Shown piece after piece: positions 1 through 7,058 of a DNA stretch of 13,987 nucleotides (position 1 is its first letter; each line of letters opens with the position of its first letter). The stretch lies in IMG/VR virus record IMGVR_UViG_2548876869_000004, positions 1-13,987 of that record; one strand, written 5' to 3'. The notes beneath the pieces are model-generated. The model was not told the DNA's origin. It did not search any database and saw nothing but the letters and a program-made list of their open reading frames with translations. Source of the DNA: a virus. Its lineage: Duplodnaviria; Heunggongvirae; Uroviricota; Caudoviricetes. A program made the position numbers and the translations under genes.

Positions 1-45
1 TAACACGAAATCCTGCGAACTGGCAAAATGTAAGTGAATAAAAGT

Positions 46-85
46 AAAAACCCCGTTTGTTGGCAGCAAGCGGGGTTTTGTTTTT
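46..85 (+). terminator. Rho-independent terminator-like hairpin
   Basis: Arms aaaaccccg (47-55) and cggggtttt (71-79) are complementary around a 15-nt loop, followed by T-tract ttttgttttt (76-85). It sits just after an in-frame TAA at 1-3. The A-tract/T-tract symmetry could allow bidirectional function. Confidence 0.4.
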
Positions 86-150
86 ATGGCAGTAAGCTAT
101 GGGAGGCTGCCTTGATTGATTTTAGCAAACTGATTAGGGAGTTGCGACTC

Positions 151-246
151 ATGATTAGTCAATTACCAAACTGGAAATTTTTGCTGGTCTGGAGCATCCC
201 TTTTTTATGGGTAGTATCCCAGTTAATTGTGGCAATTAAGGGGTAG
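151..246 (+). CDS. Very short hydrophobic ORF (31 aa), putative single-TM peptide
   Basis: ATG at 151 preceded by aggga; product MISQLPNWKFLLVWSIPFLWVVSQLIVAIKG has one hydrophobic stretch with a C-terminal lysine. First of four tightly packed mini-ORFs. No recognisable homology. Confidence 0.2.
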   Translation: MISQLPNWKFLLVWSIPFLWVVSQLIVAIKG

Positions 247-248
247 CT

Positions 249-380
249 ATGTCAGACAAACTCATAACGCCGGCAAAGGTCCTGTGTGTGATTGTCGGTA
301 TTTCATTTTCACTAATGCTGGTTGCTCTTTTTCTGTCCCTCGCCTGGGTGATGTTGTCTTCGTCGGGGCTGCTGGGGTGA
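249..380 (+). CDS. Very short hydrophobic ORF (43 aa), putative membrane peptide
   Basis: ATG at 249 with aagggg 6 nt upstream; product MSDKLITPAKVLCVIVGISFSLMLVALFLSLAWVMLSSSGLLG. Its stop overlaps the next ORF's GTG as GTGA (377-380). Confidence 0.25.
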   Translation: MSDKLITPAKVLCVIVGISFSLMLVALFLSLAWVMLSSSGLLG

Positions 381-499
381 CAGTGACTGATGACATCAGC
401 AGAGCGCTGGCTTTTGCTATTAAGTGGGTGGCTGTTGGTATTGCTGTGTCTCCGATGCTGTATGGGCTGGCAAAACTGGTCATTGCGCTGAAATCGTGA
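377..499 (+). CDS. Very short hydrophobic ORF (about 40 aa), paralogue of the 511-597 ORF
   Basis: GTG at 377 (alternative GTG at 383); product ...TDDISRALAFAIKWVAVGIAVSPMLYGLAKLVIALKS. Both peptide and DNA resemble the next mini-ORF (RALAFAIKWVAVGIAV versus [16 protein letters not shown]). Confidence 0.25.
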   Translation: MTVTDDISRALAFAIKWVAVGIAVSPMLYGLAKLVIALKS

Positions 500-510
500 A
501 CTTTAAAAAG

Positions 511-597
511 ATGAGTGCTGAACTTATTCGGGCAATGGCATTTGCCATTCGTATTGTGGCCATTGCTGTTCTGGTCTGGACAATCCGTTGGTGGTGA
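511..597 (+). CDS. Very short hydrophobic ORF (28 aa), paralogue of the 377-499 ORF
   Basis: ATG at 511; product [28 protein letters not shown]. Stop TGA 595-597 lies 1 nt before the Rz ATG at 599. Confidence 0.2.
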   Translation: MSAELIRAMAFAIRIVAIAVLVWTIRWW

Positions 598-598
598 T

Positions 599-1066
599 AT
601 GAACCGTGTTCTGTGTGTGGTGATTATTGTCCTGCTGGTAGCCTGTGGTGTGCTTAGTCTGGGGCTGAATCATTACCGTGATAACGCCATTACCTACAAA
701 GCCCAGCGCGACAAAAATGTCAGAGAACTGAAGCTGGCGAACGCGGCAATTACTGACATGCAGATGCGTCAGCGTGATGTTGCTGCGCTCGATGCAAAAT
801 ACACGAAGGAGTTAGCTGATGCGAAAGCTGAAAATGATGCTCTTCGTCGCAAGCTTGATAATGGTGGCAGGGTGCTCGTCAAAGGAAAATGCCCTGTGCC
901 ATCCTCAGCCGAAACCTCCAGCGCCTCCGGCATGGGCAATGATGCCACCGTCGAACTCTCTCCAGTTGCTGGACGAAACGTTCTCGGTATCCGGGACGGA
1001 ATTATCCGCGACCAAACAGCACTGAGAACGCTTCAGGAATACATCAGGACGCAATGCCTTCGATGA
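599..1066 (+). CDS. Rz: Rz i-spanin (inner-membrane spanin subunit)
   Basis: From ATG 599: [83 protein letters not shown]... Long stretches match lambda Rz as I recall it ([58 protein letters not shown]). N-terminal TM helix plus coiled-coil periplasmic domain. The ORF-track start at 515 is an upstream in-frame extension. Confidence 0.9.
   Translation: MNRVLCVVIIVLLVACGVLSLGLNHYRDNAITYKAQRDKNVRELKLANAAITDMQMRQRDVAALDAKYTKELADAKAENDALRRKLDNGGRVLVKGKCPVPSSAETSSASGMGNDATVELSPVAGRNVLGIRDGIIRDQTALRTLQEYIRTQCLR
819..1025 (+). CDS. Rz1: Rz1 o-spanin (outer-membrane lipoprotein), embedded in Rz in the +1 frame
   Basis: [44 protein letters not shown]... has a lipobox (MVAG|C) and a proline-rich stretch, like lambda Rz1 (MLKLKMML...VVGC...PPPPPAW). 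It lies wholly inside Rz in another frame, the classic embedded spanin arrangement. Confidence 0.85.
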   Translation: MRKLKMMLFVASLIMVAGCSSKENALCHPQPKPPAPPAWAMMPPSNSLQLLDETFSVSGTELSATKQH

Positions 1067-1239
1067 TAGCGATAATTTTACTCATCATCCTTCACATCTG
1101 GCTCTGTAGACAGGGTGGTGATCACTTCTGGAGTGAATCCAGATTTAACATCTCATTGCTGATGCTTGATATTGAGCATCTTGCGCGCGGTAAGGGGCTG
1201 CGTTGAGATAAGAGCCAGTCATCACAAACACCAGGATTT

Positions 1240-1266
1240 AGCCTCGCATTCGCGGGGCTTTTTATT
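1240..1266 (+). terminator. Rho-independent terminator-like hairpin downstream of Rz
   Basis: Stem agcctcgc (1240-1247) pairs with gcggggct (1252-1259), with one G-U wobble, around loop attc; followed by ctttttatt T-tract (to 1266). Confidence 0.45.
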
Positions 1267-1284
1267 GCAACAAAGGTAAAGACG

Positions 1285-1572
1285 ATGGATGAAGAATATC
1301 GTAAAGACCTGCAATTGTGGTTTGGCCTGACGCATGCGTCGTTCTGCGTGATGCCGAGAGTATTCATGGAGGCTATGCCGCAAGAATGGCAAGAGAAGAT
1401 GGCGCAGTTGCTTTTTGAGTATGGCGACACGATCAAAACGGATGTCTGCGGAGTTCACTGCTGTTTCGTTACTGCCAAAGACGGCAACAACCGCTTTATG
1501 AGGATGCCAGAAGATATTCTGAACTATCGTCATCCCCGGCGTGAGTTCATCGAATCATTTCTGAAGAAGTAG
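1285..1572 (+). CDS. Hypothetical small cysteine-containing protein (95 aa)
   Basis: ATG 1285; product MDEEYRKDLQLWFGLTHASFCVMPRVFMEAMPQEWQEKMAQLLFEYGDTIKTDVCGVHCCFVTAKDGNNRFMRMPEDILNYRHPRREFIESFLKK has a natural mixed-charge composition and a C-x2-H-C-C cluster. It occupies the lambda bor position but is not Bor-like and is on the opposite strand to lambda bor. I cannot assign a family from memory. Confidence 0.6.
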   Translation: MDEEYRKDLQLWFGLTHASFCVMPRVFMEAMPQEWQEKMAQLLFEYGDTIKTDVCGVHCCFVTAKDGNNRFMRMPEDILNYRHPRREFIESFLKK

Positions 1573-1629
1573 CCATTACAAAGTCTATCTGCGGGGGGCT
1601 TGATAAAGGTGCTTTCACCTCGCTTAGCA

Positions 1630-1638
1630 TGGTATGTT
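1630..1638 (+). promoter_or_regulatory. Possible extended -10 promoter element (TGgTATGTT)
   Basis: tggtatgtt at 1630-1638 resembles an extended -10 (TGnTATAAT) about 28 nt upstream of the ATG at 1666. No convincing -35. Weak, sequence-only call. Confidence 0.2.
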
Positions 1639-1665
1639 CTGACTACCAACTTTTTGGGAGGACAC

Positions 1666-1890
1666 ATGGAACTGATAAATGGACGGCCAGGCAGAGATTT
1701 TATAGTGGGAACATATACCTACTCAGAAATTAAAGATCTTAACTTCATGGCTAAGGAAGAGAAAAGAGCTCGTGAAGAGCTAAAGCATCGGGGTTACGAA
1801 TTGGCGTATATCAAGGCGGACTCTGAATGTAACGGGATGTTTGTCAGGGCGTACCGGGTCTATACTGACAAAGCGCCATCTAATGTCTAA
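1666..1890 (+). CDS. Hypothetical small protein (74 aa), AT-rich cargo gene
   Basis: ATG 1666 with GGAGG at 1657-1661; product MELINGRPGRDFIVGTYTYSEIKDLNFMAKEEKRAREELKHRGYELAYIKADSECNGMFVRAYRVYTDKAPSNV. Visibly lower GC than the structural genes. The TTG-initiated extension from 1600 in the ORF track is unlikely. Confidence 0.55.
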   Translation: MELINGRPGRDFIVGTYTYSEIKDLNFMAKEEKRAREELKHRGYELAYIKADSECNGMFVRAYRVYTDKAPSNV

Positions 1891-1933
1891 ATATACCTCG
1901 GGCGGTTTTTTACGTTCATTACCGTACGCAATT

Positions 1934-1996
1934 ACAGCAGGCATTCATTGAGTGCCTGTGATAATGATTTATCAACGTGCTTGCAAACGGTATTCT
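1934..1996 (+). promoter_or_regulatory. Putative promoter/operator region upstream of the 134-aa gene
   Basis: Inverted repeat cagcaggca (1934-1942) / tgcctgtg (1951-1958) with one bulge, then ttatca (1969-1974), a 16-nt spacer and tattct (1991-1996) as sigma70-like -35/-10, about 30 nt upstream of the GTG at 2026. Confidence 0.25.
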
Positions 1997-2025
1997 AGAC
2001 CTCCAATTATCCTAAGGAGGTTTTT

Positions 2026-2430
2026 GTGGTTAAAAATTTAGAATACATGAAGGGGATGCTTGAGGTATTTTTGAAAGCGAAAACTCCCTTTATATCTACA
2101 AAAGACTTAGCTAATGCGGGGTACGATATCTGCTCGAATGAAGGGATGTTTCATTATCTACTTCTTATTGAGCAAGGTTATATCAGTAATAAAGATCTAA
2201 TAACGGATGACATAACTAAACTGGGCTACATGCGCCATTGTGGCCATATGCTAGATATGGGTACCGACGTGCGACTATCTGCGCAGGGACAAGAATTCGC
2301 CCAGGCATTAAATGAACCTACGGTTTTTGAGAAATTAAAGTCAATGAGCGATGCCCCTTTGAGTACAATCAAAGATGTTGGGCTGGAGTTAACGAAGGCC
2401 TATTTAAAGAAGAAATTTGGCCTCGAGTAA
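2026..2430 (+). CDS. Hypothetical protein (134 aa), AT-rich cargo gene immediately upstream of cos
   Basis: GTG start 2026 with strong SD AAGGAGG (2014-2020); product MVKNLEYMKGMLEVFLKAKTPFISTKDLANAGYDICSNEGMFHYLLLIEQGYISNKD...KKKFGLE. Clearly AT-rich relative to flanking phage genes. Family unassigned; a small helical or winged-helix-type fold is speculation only. Confidence 0.65.
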   Translation: MVKNLEYMKGMLEVFLKAKTPFISTKDLANAGYDICSNEGMFHYLLLIEQGYISNKDLITDDITKLGYMRHCGHMLDMGTDVRLSAQGQEFAQALNEPTVFEKLKSMSDAPLSTIKDVGLELTKAYLKKKFGLE

Positions 2431-2612
2431 AATTTCTACCCTCACGAGTTAAGTTGTTTTGTGATGGTTATTCGCAATGAATATCTTTAGCCACTGGCAT
2501 TTGCTGGTGGTTTTTTTATGCGCATCCCTCGCGCACCACAAAGGGAGTCTTTCAGTAGTGATTCTGAATATCAGTGTGATAAACGTATTTGACAATCATT
2601 ATCATTTTTGGT

Positions 2613-2683
2613 GGGTCCTTTCCGGCGATCCGACAGGTTACGGGGCGGCGACCTCGCGGTTTTTCACTATTTATGAAAATTTT
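2613..2683 (+). other. cos: cos site: cosQ-proximal region, cosN (12-nt cohesive end GGGCGGCGACCT at 2643-2654) and start of cosB
   Basis: gggtcctttccggcgatccgacaggttacg|gggcggcgacct|cgcggtttttcactatttatgaaaatttt is near-identical to the phage lambda right-end/left-end junction as I recall it (...GGGTCCTTTCCGGTGATCCGACAGGTTACG + GGGCGGCGACCTCGCGGGTTTTCGCTATTTATGAAAATTTT). It sits about 180 bp upstream of Nu1, as in lambda. Confidence 0.85.
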
Positions 2684-2750
2684 TCAGGGAAAATCGTGTC
2701 GGTACTTCTCGAATATAACTTTTTGTTTTTTTTAATATTGCATCCGTAAA

Positions 2751-2805
2751 GGTCCGACATGAAAGTGTCCGAAAATGCCTTTTTCTGGCGTTTTCATGTC
2801 GGGCC
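2751..2805. promoter_or_regulatory. Inverted repeat within cosB, candidate terminase small-subunit binding sites
   Basis: Arm ggtccgacatgaaa (2751-2764) and arm tttcatgtcgggcc (2792-2805) are reverse complements at 13 of 14 positions, separated by 27 bp, just upstream of the Nu1 start at 2831. Lambda R2/R1 are similarly inverted. Confidence 0.4.
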
Positions 2806-2830
2806 TTGTATTTGATAATGGGTTGTTTTC

Positions 2831-3379
2831 ATGAAGGTTAATAAAAAGAGGCTTGCCGAAATTTTCAACGTGGACCCGCGGACGATTGAACGCTGGCAGT
2901 CTCAGGGACTCCCTTGCGCCTCCAAAGGTAGTAAGGGCATTGAATCTGTATTTGATACTGCCATGGTAATTCAGTGGTATGCGCAGAGGGAAACTGATAT
3001 CGAAAACGAAAAGCTCCGCAAAGAACTGGACGATTTGCGTGCGGCAGCGGAGTCAGATTTACAACCCGGCACCATTGACTATGAACGCTACCGGCTCACA
3101 AAAGCGCAGGCAGATGCGCAGGAACTGAAAAATGCCCGTGAAGACGGAGTAGTGCTGGAAACTGAACTGTTTACCTTCATTCTGCAACGTGTGGCACAGG
3201 AGATTTCGGGGATACTTGTGCGTGTGCCGTTGACATTACAGCGTAAATATCCGGACATTTCACCATCACACCTTGATGTGGTGAAAACTGAAATCGCGAA
3301 AGCCTCCAATGTTTCAGCTAAGGCCGGTGAAAACGTGGGCGGGTGGATCGATGATTTCAGACGCGCAGAAGGCAGCTAA
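2831..3379 (+). CDS. nu1: Terminase small subunit (gpNu1)
   Basis: [28 protein letters not shown]...[60 protein letters not shown] closely parallels lambda Nu1 (MEVNKKQLADIF...[48 protein letters not shown]). N-terminal winged HTH. Directly downstream of cos. Confidence 0.95.
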   Translation: MKVNKKRLAEIFNVDPRTIERWQSQGLPCASKGSKGIESVFDTAMVIQWYAQRETDIENEKLRKELDDLRAAAESDLQPGTIDYERYRLTKAQADAQELKNAREDGVVLETELFTFILQRVAQEISGILVRVPLTLQRKYPDISPSHLDVVKTEIAKASNVSAKAGENVGGWIDDFRRAEGS

Positions 3380-5279
3380 TGCAGCCGGTGCGATAGCAAC
3401 AGGGCTTTTATCTCTCATTATTCCTGTTCCACTGACGACAGTTCAGTGGGCCAATAAACATTATTACCTTCCTAAAGAGTCGTCTTATACCCCGGGGCGG
3501 TGGGAAACACTGCCGTTTCAGGTTGGCATCATGAACTGTATGGGCAACGATTTGATTCGCACGGTTAACCTGATTAAATCTGCCCGTGTTGGTTATACAA
3601 AGATGTTGCTGGGAGTGGAGGCTTATTTTATTGAGCATAAATCACGCAACAGCCTTCTTTTTCAGCCCACGGACTCAGCTGCTGAAGATTTTATGAAATC
3701 TCATGTTGAGCCAACGATAAGGGAGGTTCCTGCGTTGCTGGAGCTGGCTCCATGGTTCGGAAGAAAACACCGCGATAATACGCTCACCCTGAAGCGTTTT
3801 TCCTCCGGTGTGGGTTTCTGGTGTCTGGGGGGAGCGGCAGCAAAAAACTACCGTGAAAAATCCGTGGATGTGGTCTGTTATGACGAGCTTTCCTCGTTCG
3901 AACCGGATGTTGAAAAAGAGGGTTCGCCAACCCTGCTGGGGGATAAACGTATTGAGGGCTCTGTATGGCCCAAATCCATTCGCGGCTCGACGCCTAAAAT
4001 CAAAGGCTCCTGCCAGATCGAAAAAGCCGCTAACGAGTCGGCACACTTCATGCGTTTTTATGTGCCCTGTCCGCACTGTGGGGAGGAGCAGTATCTGAAA
4101 TTTGGCGATGAGTCCACGCCTTTTGGGCTTAAATGGGAGAAGGACAGCCCCGAAAGCGTTTTCTACCTCTGTGAGCATCATGGCTGCGTGATCCATCAGT
4201 CTGAACTGGACCAGAGTAACGGGCGGTGGATCTGTGAAAACACGGGCATGTGGACCCGTGACGGTCTGACGTTTTTCAGCGCTGCGGGTAATGAAATTCC
4301 GCCGCCGCGCTCCATCACTTTCCATATCTGGACGGCGTACAGTCCGTTCACCACCTGGGTACAGATTGTCTATGACTGGCTGGATGCACTGAAAGATCCC
4401 AACGGCCTGAAAACCTTTGTGAACACCACGCTGGGCGAGACCTGGGAAGAGGCTGTGGGCGAAAAACTCGATCACCAGATACTGATGGATAAGGTTGTGC
4501 GTTACACGGCGGCGGTGCCTGCCCGGGTGGTTTATCTGACGGCGGGCATTGACTCGCAGCGAAACCGTTTTGAGATGTATGTCTGGGGATGGGCTCCGGG
4601 AGAGGAAGCCTTTCTGGTGGATAAAATCATCATTATGGGGCGTCCCGATGAGGAAGAGACGCTGTTACGTGTGGATGCGGCGATCAACAAAAAATACCGC
4701 CATGCAGACGGAACCGAAATGACTATTTCCCGTGTCTGCTGGGACATCGGGGGGATCGATGGCGAAATCGTTTATCAGAGGTCAAAAAAACACGGTGTTT
4801 TCCGGGTGCTGCCGGTAAAAGGCGCATCTGTCTATGGCAAGCCGGTGATCACCATGCCAAAAACCCGCAATCAGCGGGGCGTGTATCTGTGTGAAGTGGG
4901 GACGGACACCGCAAAAGAAATTCTCTATGCCCGTATGAAAGCCGATCCCACGCCTGCGGATGAAGCCACGTCGTATGCCATCCGTTTTCCTGATGATCCG
5001 GAGATTTTTTCGCAGACAGAGGCGCAGCAACTGGTCGCGGAAGAGCTTGTGGAGAAGTGGGAAAAAGGAAAGATGCGTCTGCTGTGGGATAACAAAAAGC
5101 GGCGTAACGAAGCGCTGGACTGCCTGGTGTATGCCTACGCGGCATTACGTGTGTCCGTGCAACGCTGGCAGCTTGATCTGGCTGTACTGGCAAAATCCCG
5201 GGAAGAAGAGACGACCCGGCCAACCCTTAAAGAACTGGCAGCGAAGCTGTCCGGAGGAGTGAATGGTTACAGTCGCTGA
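3351..5279 (+). CDS. A: Terminase large subunit (gpA)
   Basis: From ATG 3351 (overlapping the Nu1 3' end as in lambda): MISDAQK...[25 protein letters not shown]...[22 protein letters not shown]...[14 protein letters not shown]...KRRNEALDC. Recognisable lambda gpA motifs throughout. The ORF-track start at 3309 is an upstream extension. Confidence 0.95.
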   Translation: MISDAQKAANAAGAIATGLLSLIIPVPLTTVQWANKHYYLPKESSYTPGRWETLPFQVGIMNCMGNDLIRTVNLIKSARVGYTKMLLGVEAYFIEHKSRNSLLFQPTDSAAEDFMKSHVEPTIREVPALLELAPWFGRKHRDNTLTLKRFSSGVGFWCLGGAAAKNYREKSVDVVCYDELSSFEPDVEKEGSPTLLGDKRIEGSVWPKSIRGSTPKIKGSCQIEKAANESAHFMRFYVPCPHCGEEQYLKFGDESTPFGLKWEKDSPESVFYLCEHHGCVIHQSELDQSNGRWICENTGMWTRDGLTFFSAAGNEIPPPRSITFHIWTAYSPFTTWVQIVYDWLDALKDPNGLKTFVNTTLGETWEEAVGEKLDHQILMDKVVRYTAAVPARVVYLTAGIDSQRNRFEMYVWGWAPGEEAFLVDKIIIMGRPDEEETLLRVDAAINKKYRHADGTEMTISRVCWDIGGIDGEIVYQRSKKHGVFRVLPVKGASVYGKPVITMPKTRNQRGVYLCEVGTDTAKEILYARMKADPTPADEATSYAIRFPDDPEIFSQTEAQQLVAEELVEKWEKGKMRLLWDNKKRRNEALDCLVYAYAALRVSVQRWQLDLAVLAKSREEETTRPTLKELAAKLSGGVNGYSR

Positions 5280-5469
5280 ACTGCAGGCGCTGCGTCAGGC
5301 GCGCCTTGATTTATTAACCGGTAAACGGGTGGTGTCTGTCCAGAAAGATGGTCGCAGAATTGAATATACGGCGGCTTCTCTGGATGAGCTTAACCGGGCG
5401 ATCAATGATGCGGAGTCGGTACTGGGGACAACCCGGCGTCGCCGTCGTCCGCTGGGAGTGAGGTTATGA
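5263..5469 (+). CDS. W: Head-tail joining / head completion protein gpW
   Basis: 68 aa; LLTGKRVVSVQKDGRRIEYTAASLDEL resembles lambda gpW ([27 protein letters not shown]). Start overlaps the A stop; stop overlaps the B start (ATGA). Confidence 0.9.
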   Translation: MVTVAELQALRQARLDLLTGKRVVSVQKDGRRIEYTAASLDELNRAINDAESVLGTTRRRRRPLGVRL

Positions 5470-7058
5470 AACGAACGCCTGTCCTGATTGATGTGAACGG
5501 CGTTCCGCTTCGTGAGAGTCTCAGCTACAACGGGGGCGGTGCAGGATTTGGCGGGCAAATGGCTGAGTGGTTGCCACCGGCGCAGAGTGCCGATGCGGCC
5601 CTGCTGCCCGCGTTGCGTCTGGGGAATGCCCGGGCAGATGATCTGGTGCGCAATAACGGAATAGCGGCTAATGCGGTGGCTCTGCATAAGGATCACATTG
5701 TCGGGCATATGTTTCTGATCAGCTACCGTCCGAACTGGCGCTGGCTGGGGATGCGGGAGACCGCAGCAAAAAGCTTTGTCGATGAGGTGGAGGCGGCCTG
5801 GTCGGAATACGCCGAAGGGATGTTTGGCGAGATCGACGTGGAAGGAAAACGCACGTTCACGGAATTTATCCGTGAAGGTGTGGGCGTTCATGCGTTTAAC
5901 GGCGAAATCTTTGTGCAGCCGGTCTGGGATACGGAAACCACGCAGTTATTCCGTACGCGTTTTAAAGCCGTGAGTCCGAAACGGGTGGACACGCCTGGAC
6001 ACGGTATGGGGAACCGTTTTCTGCGGGCCGGTGTGGAGGTCGATCGATATGGCCGTGCCGTCGCGTACCATATTTGTGAGGATGATTTTCCGTTCTCTGG
6101 TAGTGGACGATGGGAACGGATCCCGCGTGAACTTCCCACCGGGCGTCCGGCTATGCTGCATATTTTCGAGCCGGTGGAGGACGGGCAGACCCGTGGGGCT
6201 AATCAGTTTTACAGCGTCATGGAACGGCTGAAGATGCTCGATTCCCTGCAGGCAACACAGCTTCAGTCGGCCATAGTGAAGGCGATGTATGCAGCGACGA
6301 TTGAAAGTGAACTTGATACCGAAAAGGCCTTTGAATATATCGCCGGCGCGCCACAGGAGCAGAAGGATAATCCGCTTATTAATATTCTGGAGAAGTTCTC
6401 CAGCTGGTATGACACGAATCACGTGACGCTGGGCGGTGTCAAAATTCCGCACCTTTTCCCTGGTGATGATCTGAAACTGCAGACAGCGCAGGATTCAGAC
6501 AATGGATTTTCGGCGCTTGAACAGGCGCTGCTGCGGTATATCGCCGCCGGTCTTGGCGTTTCCTACGAACAGTTGTCCCGTGATTACTCGAAGGTCAGTT
6601 ACTCAAGTGCCCGCGCCTCCGCCAATGAGTCGTGGCGCTATTTTATGGGGCGGCGAAAATTTATTGCGGCCCGACTGGCCACGCAGATGTTTTCCTGCTG
6701 GCTGGAAGAGGCACTTCTTCGGGGGATTATTCGTCCGCCACGGGCACGTTTTGATTTTTATCAGGCGCGATCAGCCTGGTCACGGGCAGAGTGGATTGGT
6801 GCCGGAAGAATGGCCATTGACGGGCTCAAGGAAGTCCAGGAATCAGTGATGCGCATTGAGGCCGGACTGAGCACGTATGAGAAAGAGCTGGCGCTGATGG
6901 GCGAGGATTATCAGGACATTTTCCGCCAGCAGGTCAGGGAATCTGCAGAGCGGGAAAAAGCCGGACTCTCACGCCCGGTGTGGATAGCGCAGGCGTATCA
7001 GCAGCAGATAGCGGAGAGTCGCAGGCCGGAAGAGGAGACAACACCACGTGAGACGTAA
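5466..7058 (+). CDS. B: Portal protein (gpB)
   Basis: 530 aa with extended lambda gpB-like blocks: GNARADDLVRNNG, FEPVEDGQTRGANQFYSVMERLKMLDSLQATQLQSAIVKAMYAATIESELDT, LLRYIAAGLGVSYEQLSRDYS, WIGAGRMAIDGLKEVQESVMRIEAGLSTYEKE. Confidence 0.95.
   Translation: MKRTPVLIDVNGVPLRESLSYNGGGAGFGGQMAEWLPPAQSADAALLPALRLGNARADDLVRNNGIAANAVALHKDHIVGHMFLISYRPNWRWLGMRETAAKSFVDEVEAAWSEYAEGMFGEIDVEGKRTFTEFIREGVGVHAFNGEIFVQPVWDTETTQLFRTRFKAVSPKRVDTPGHGMGNRFLRAGVEVDRYGRAVAYHICEDDFPFSGSGRWERIPRELPTGRPAMLHIFEPVEDGQTRGANQFYSVMERLKMLDSLQATQLQSAIVKAMYAATIESELDTEKAFEYIAGAPQEQKDNPLINILEKFSSWYDTNHVTLGGVKIPHLFPGDDLKLQTAQDSDNGFSALEQALLRYIAAGLGVSYEQLSRDYSKVSYSSARASANESWRYFMGRRKFIAARLATQMFSCWLEEALLRGIIRPPRARFDFYQARSAWSRAEWIGAGRMAIDGLKEVQESVMRIEAGLSTYEKELALMGEDYQDIFRQQVRESAEREKAGLSRPVWIAQAYQQQIAESRRPEEETTPRET

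Noticed and set aside
34-246. 70-aa ORF starting at 34
   Set aside because: Its 5' part overlaps the terminator hairpin at 46-85. Only the distal ATG at 151 with an upstream aggga is plausible, and that is reported as a low-confidence mini-ORF.
515-598. N-terminal extension of Rz from the GTG at 515
   Set aside because: Homology to lambda Rz begins at the ATG at 599 (MNRVL...). The upstream extension overlaps the separate mini-ORF 511-597 in another frame and has no lambda counterpart.
1122-1533. Minus-strand ORFs 1122-1436 and 1222-1533 as possible bor-like genes (bor is on the opposite strand in lambda)
   Set aside because: Their products are Ser/Cys/Arg-rich with no lipoprotein signal and no resemblance to Bor. 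The + strand ORF 1285-1572 has a more natural composition and follows a terminator, so the minus ORFs are treated as antisense shadows.
1600-1665. TTG-initiated N-terminal extension of the 74-aa gene
   Set aside because: The ATG at 1666 has a proper GGAGG RBS. The extension would begin at a rare TTG with no RBS and would cover the putative promoter.
2477-2749. 90-aa + strand ORF (MNIFSHWHLL...)
   Set aside because: It runs straight through the cos site (cosQ/cosN/cosB), which is conserved as DNA with lambda. The product has odd composition and there is no RBS. Almost certainly a chance ORF in regulatory DNA.
3309-3350. Upstream extension of terminase large subunit from 3309
   Set aside because: Lambda gpA-like sequence begins at the ATG at 3351. 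The extension lies inside the Nu1 coding region in another frame.
3675-4475. 266-aa minus-strand ORF inside the terminase large subunit gene
   Set aside because: Antisense to a well-supported gpA gene; Arg/Pro-rich, low-complexity translation typical of shadow ORFs in GC-rich coding DNA.
5295-5891. 198-aa minus-strand ORF overlapping W/B
   Set aside because: Antisense shadow ORF across strongly supported W and portal genes.
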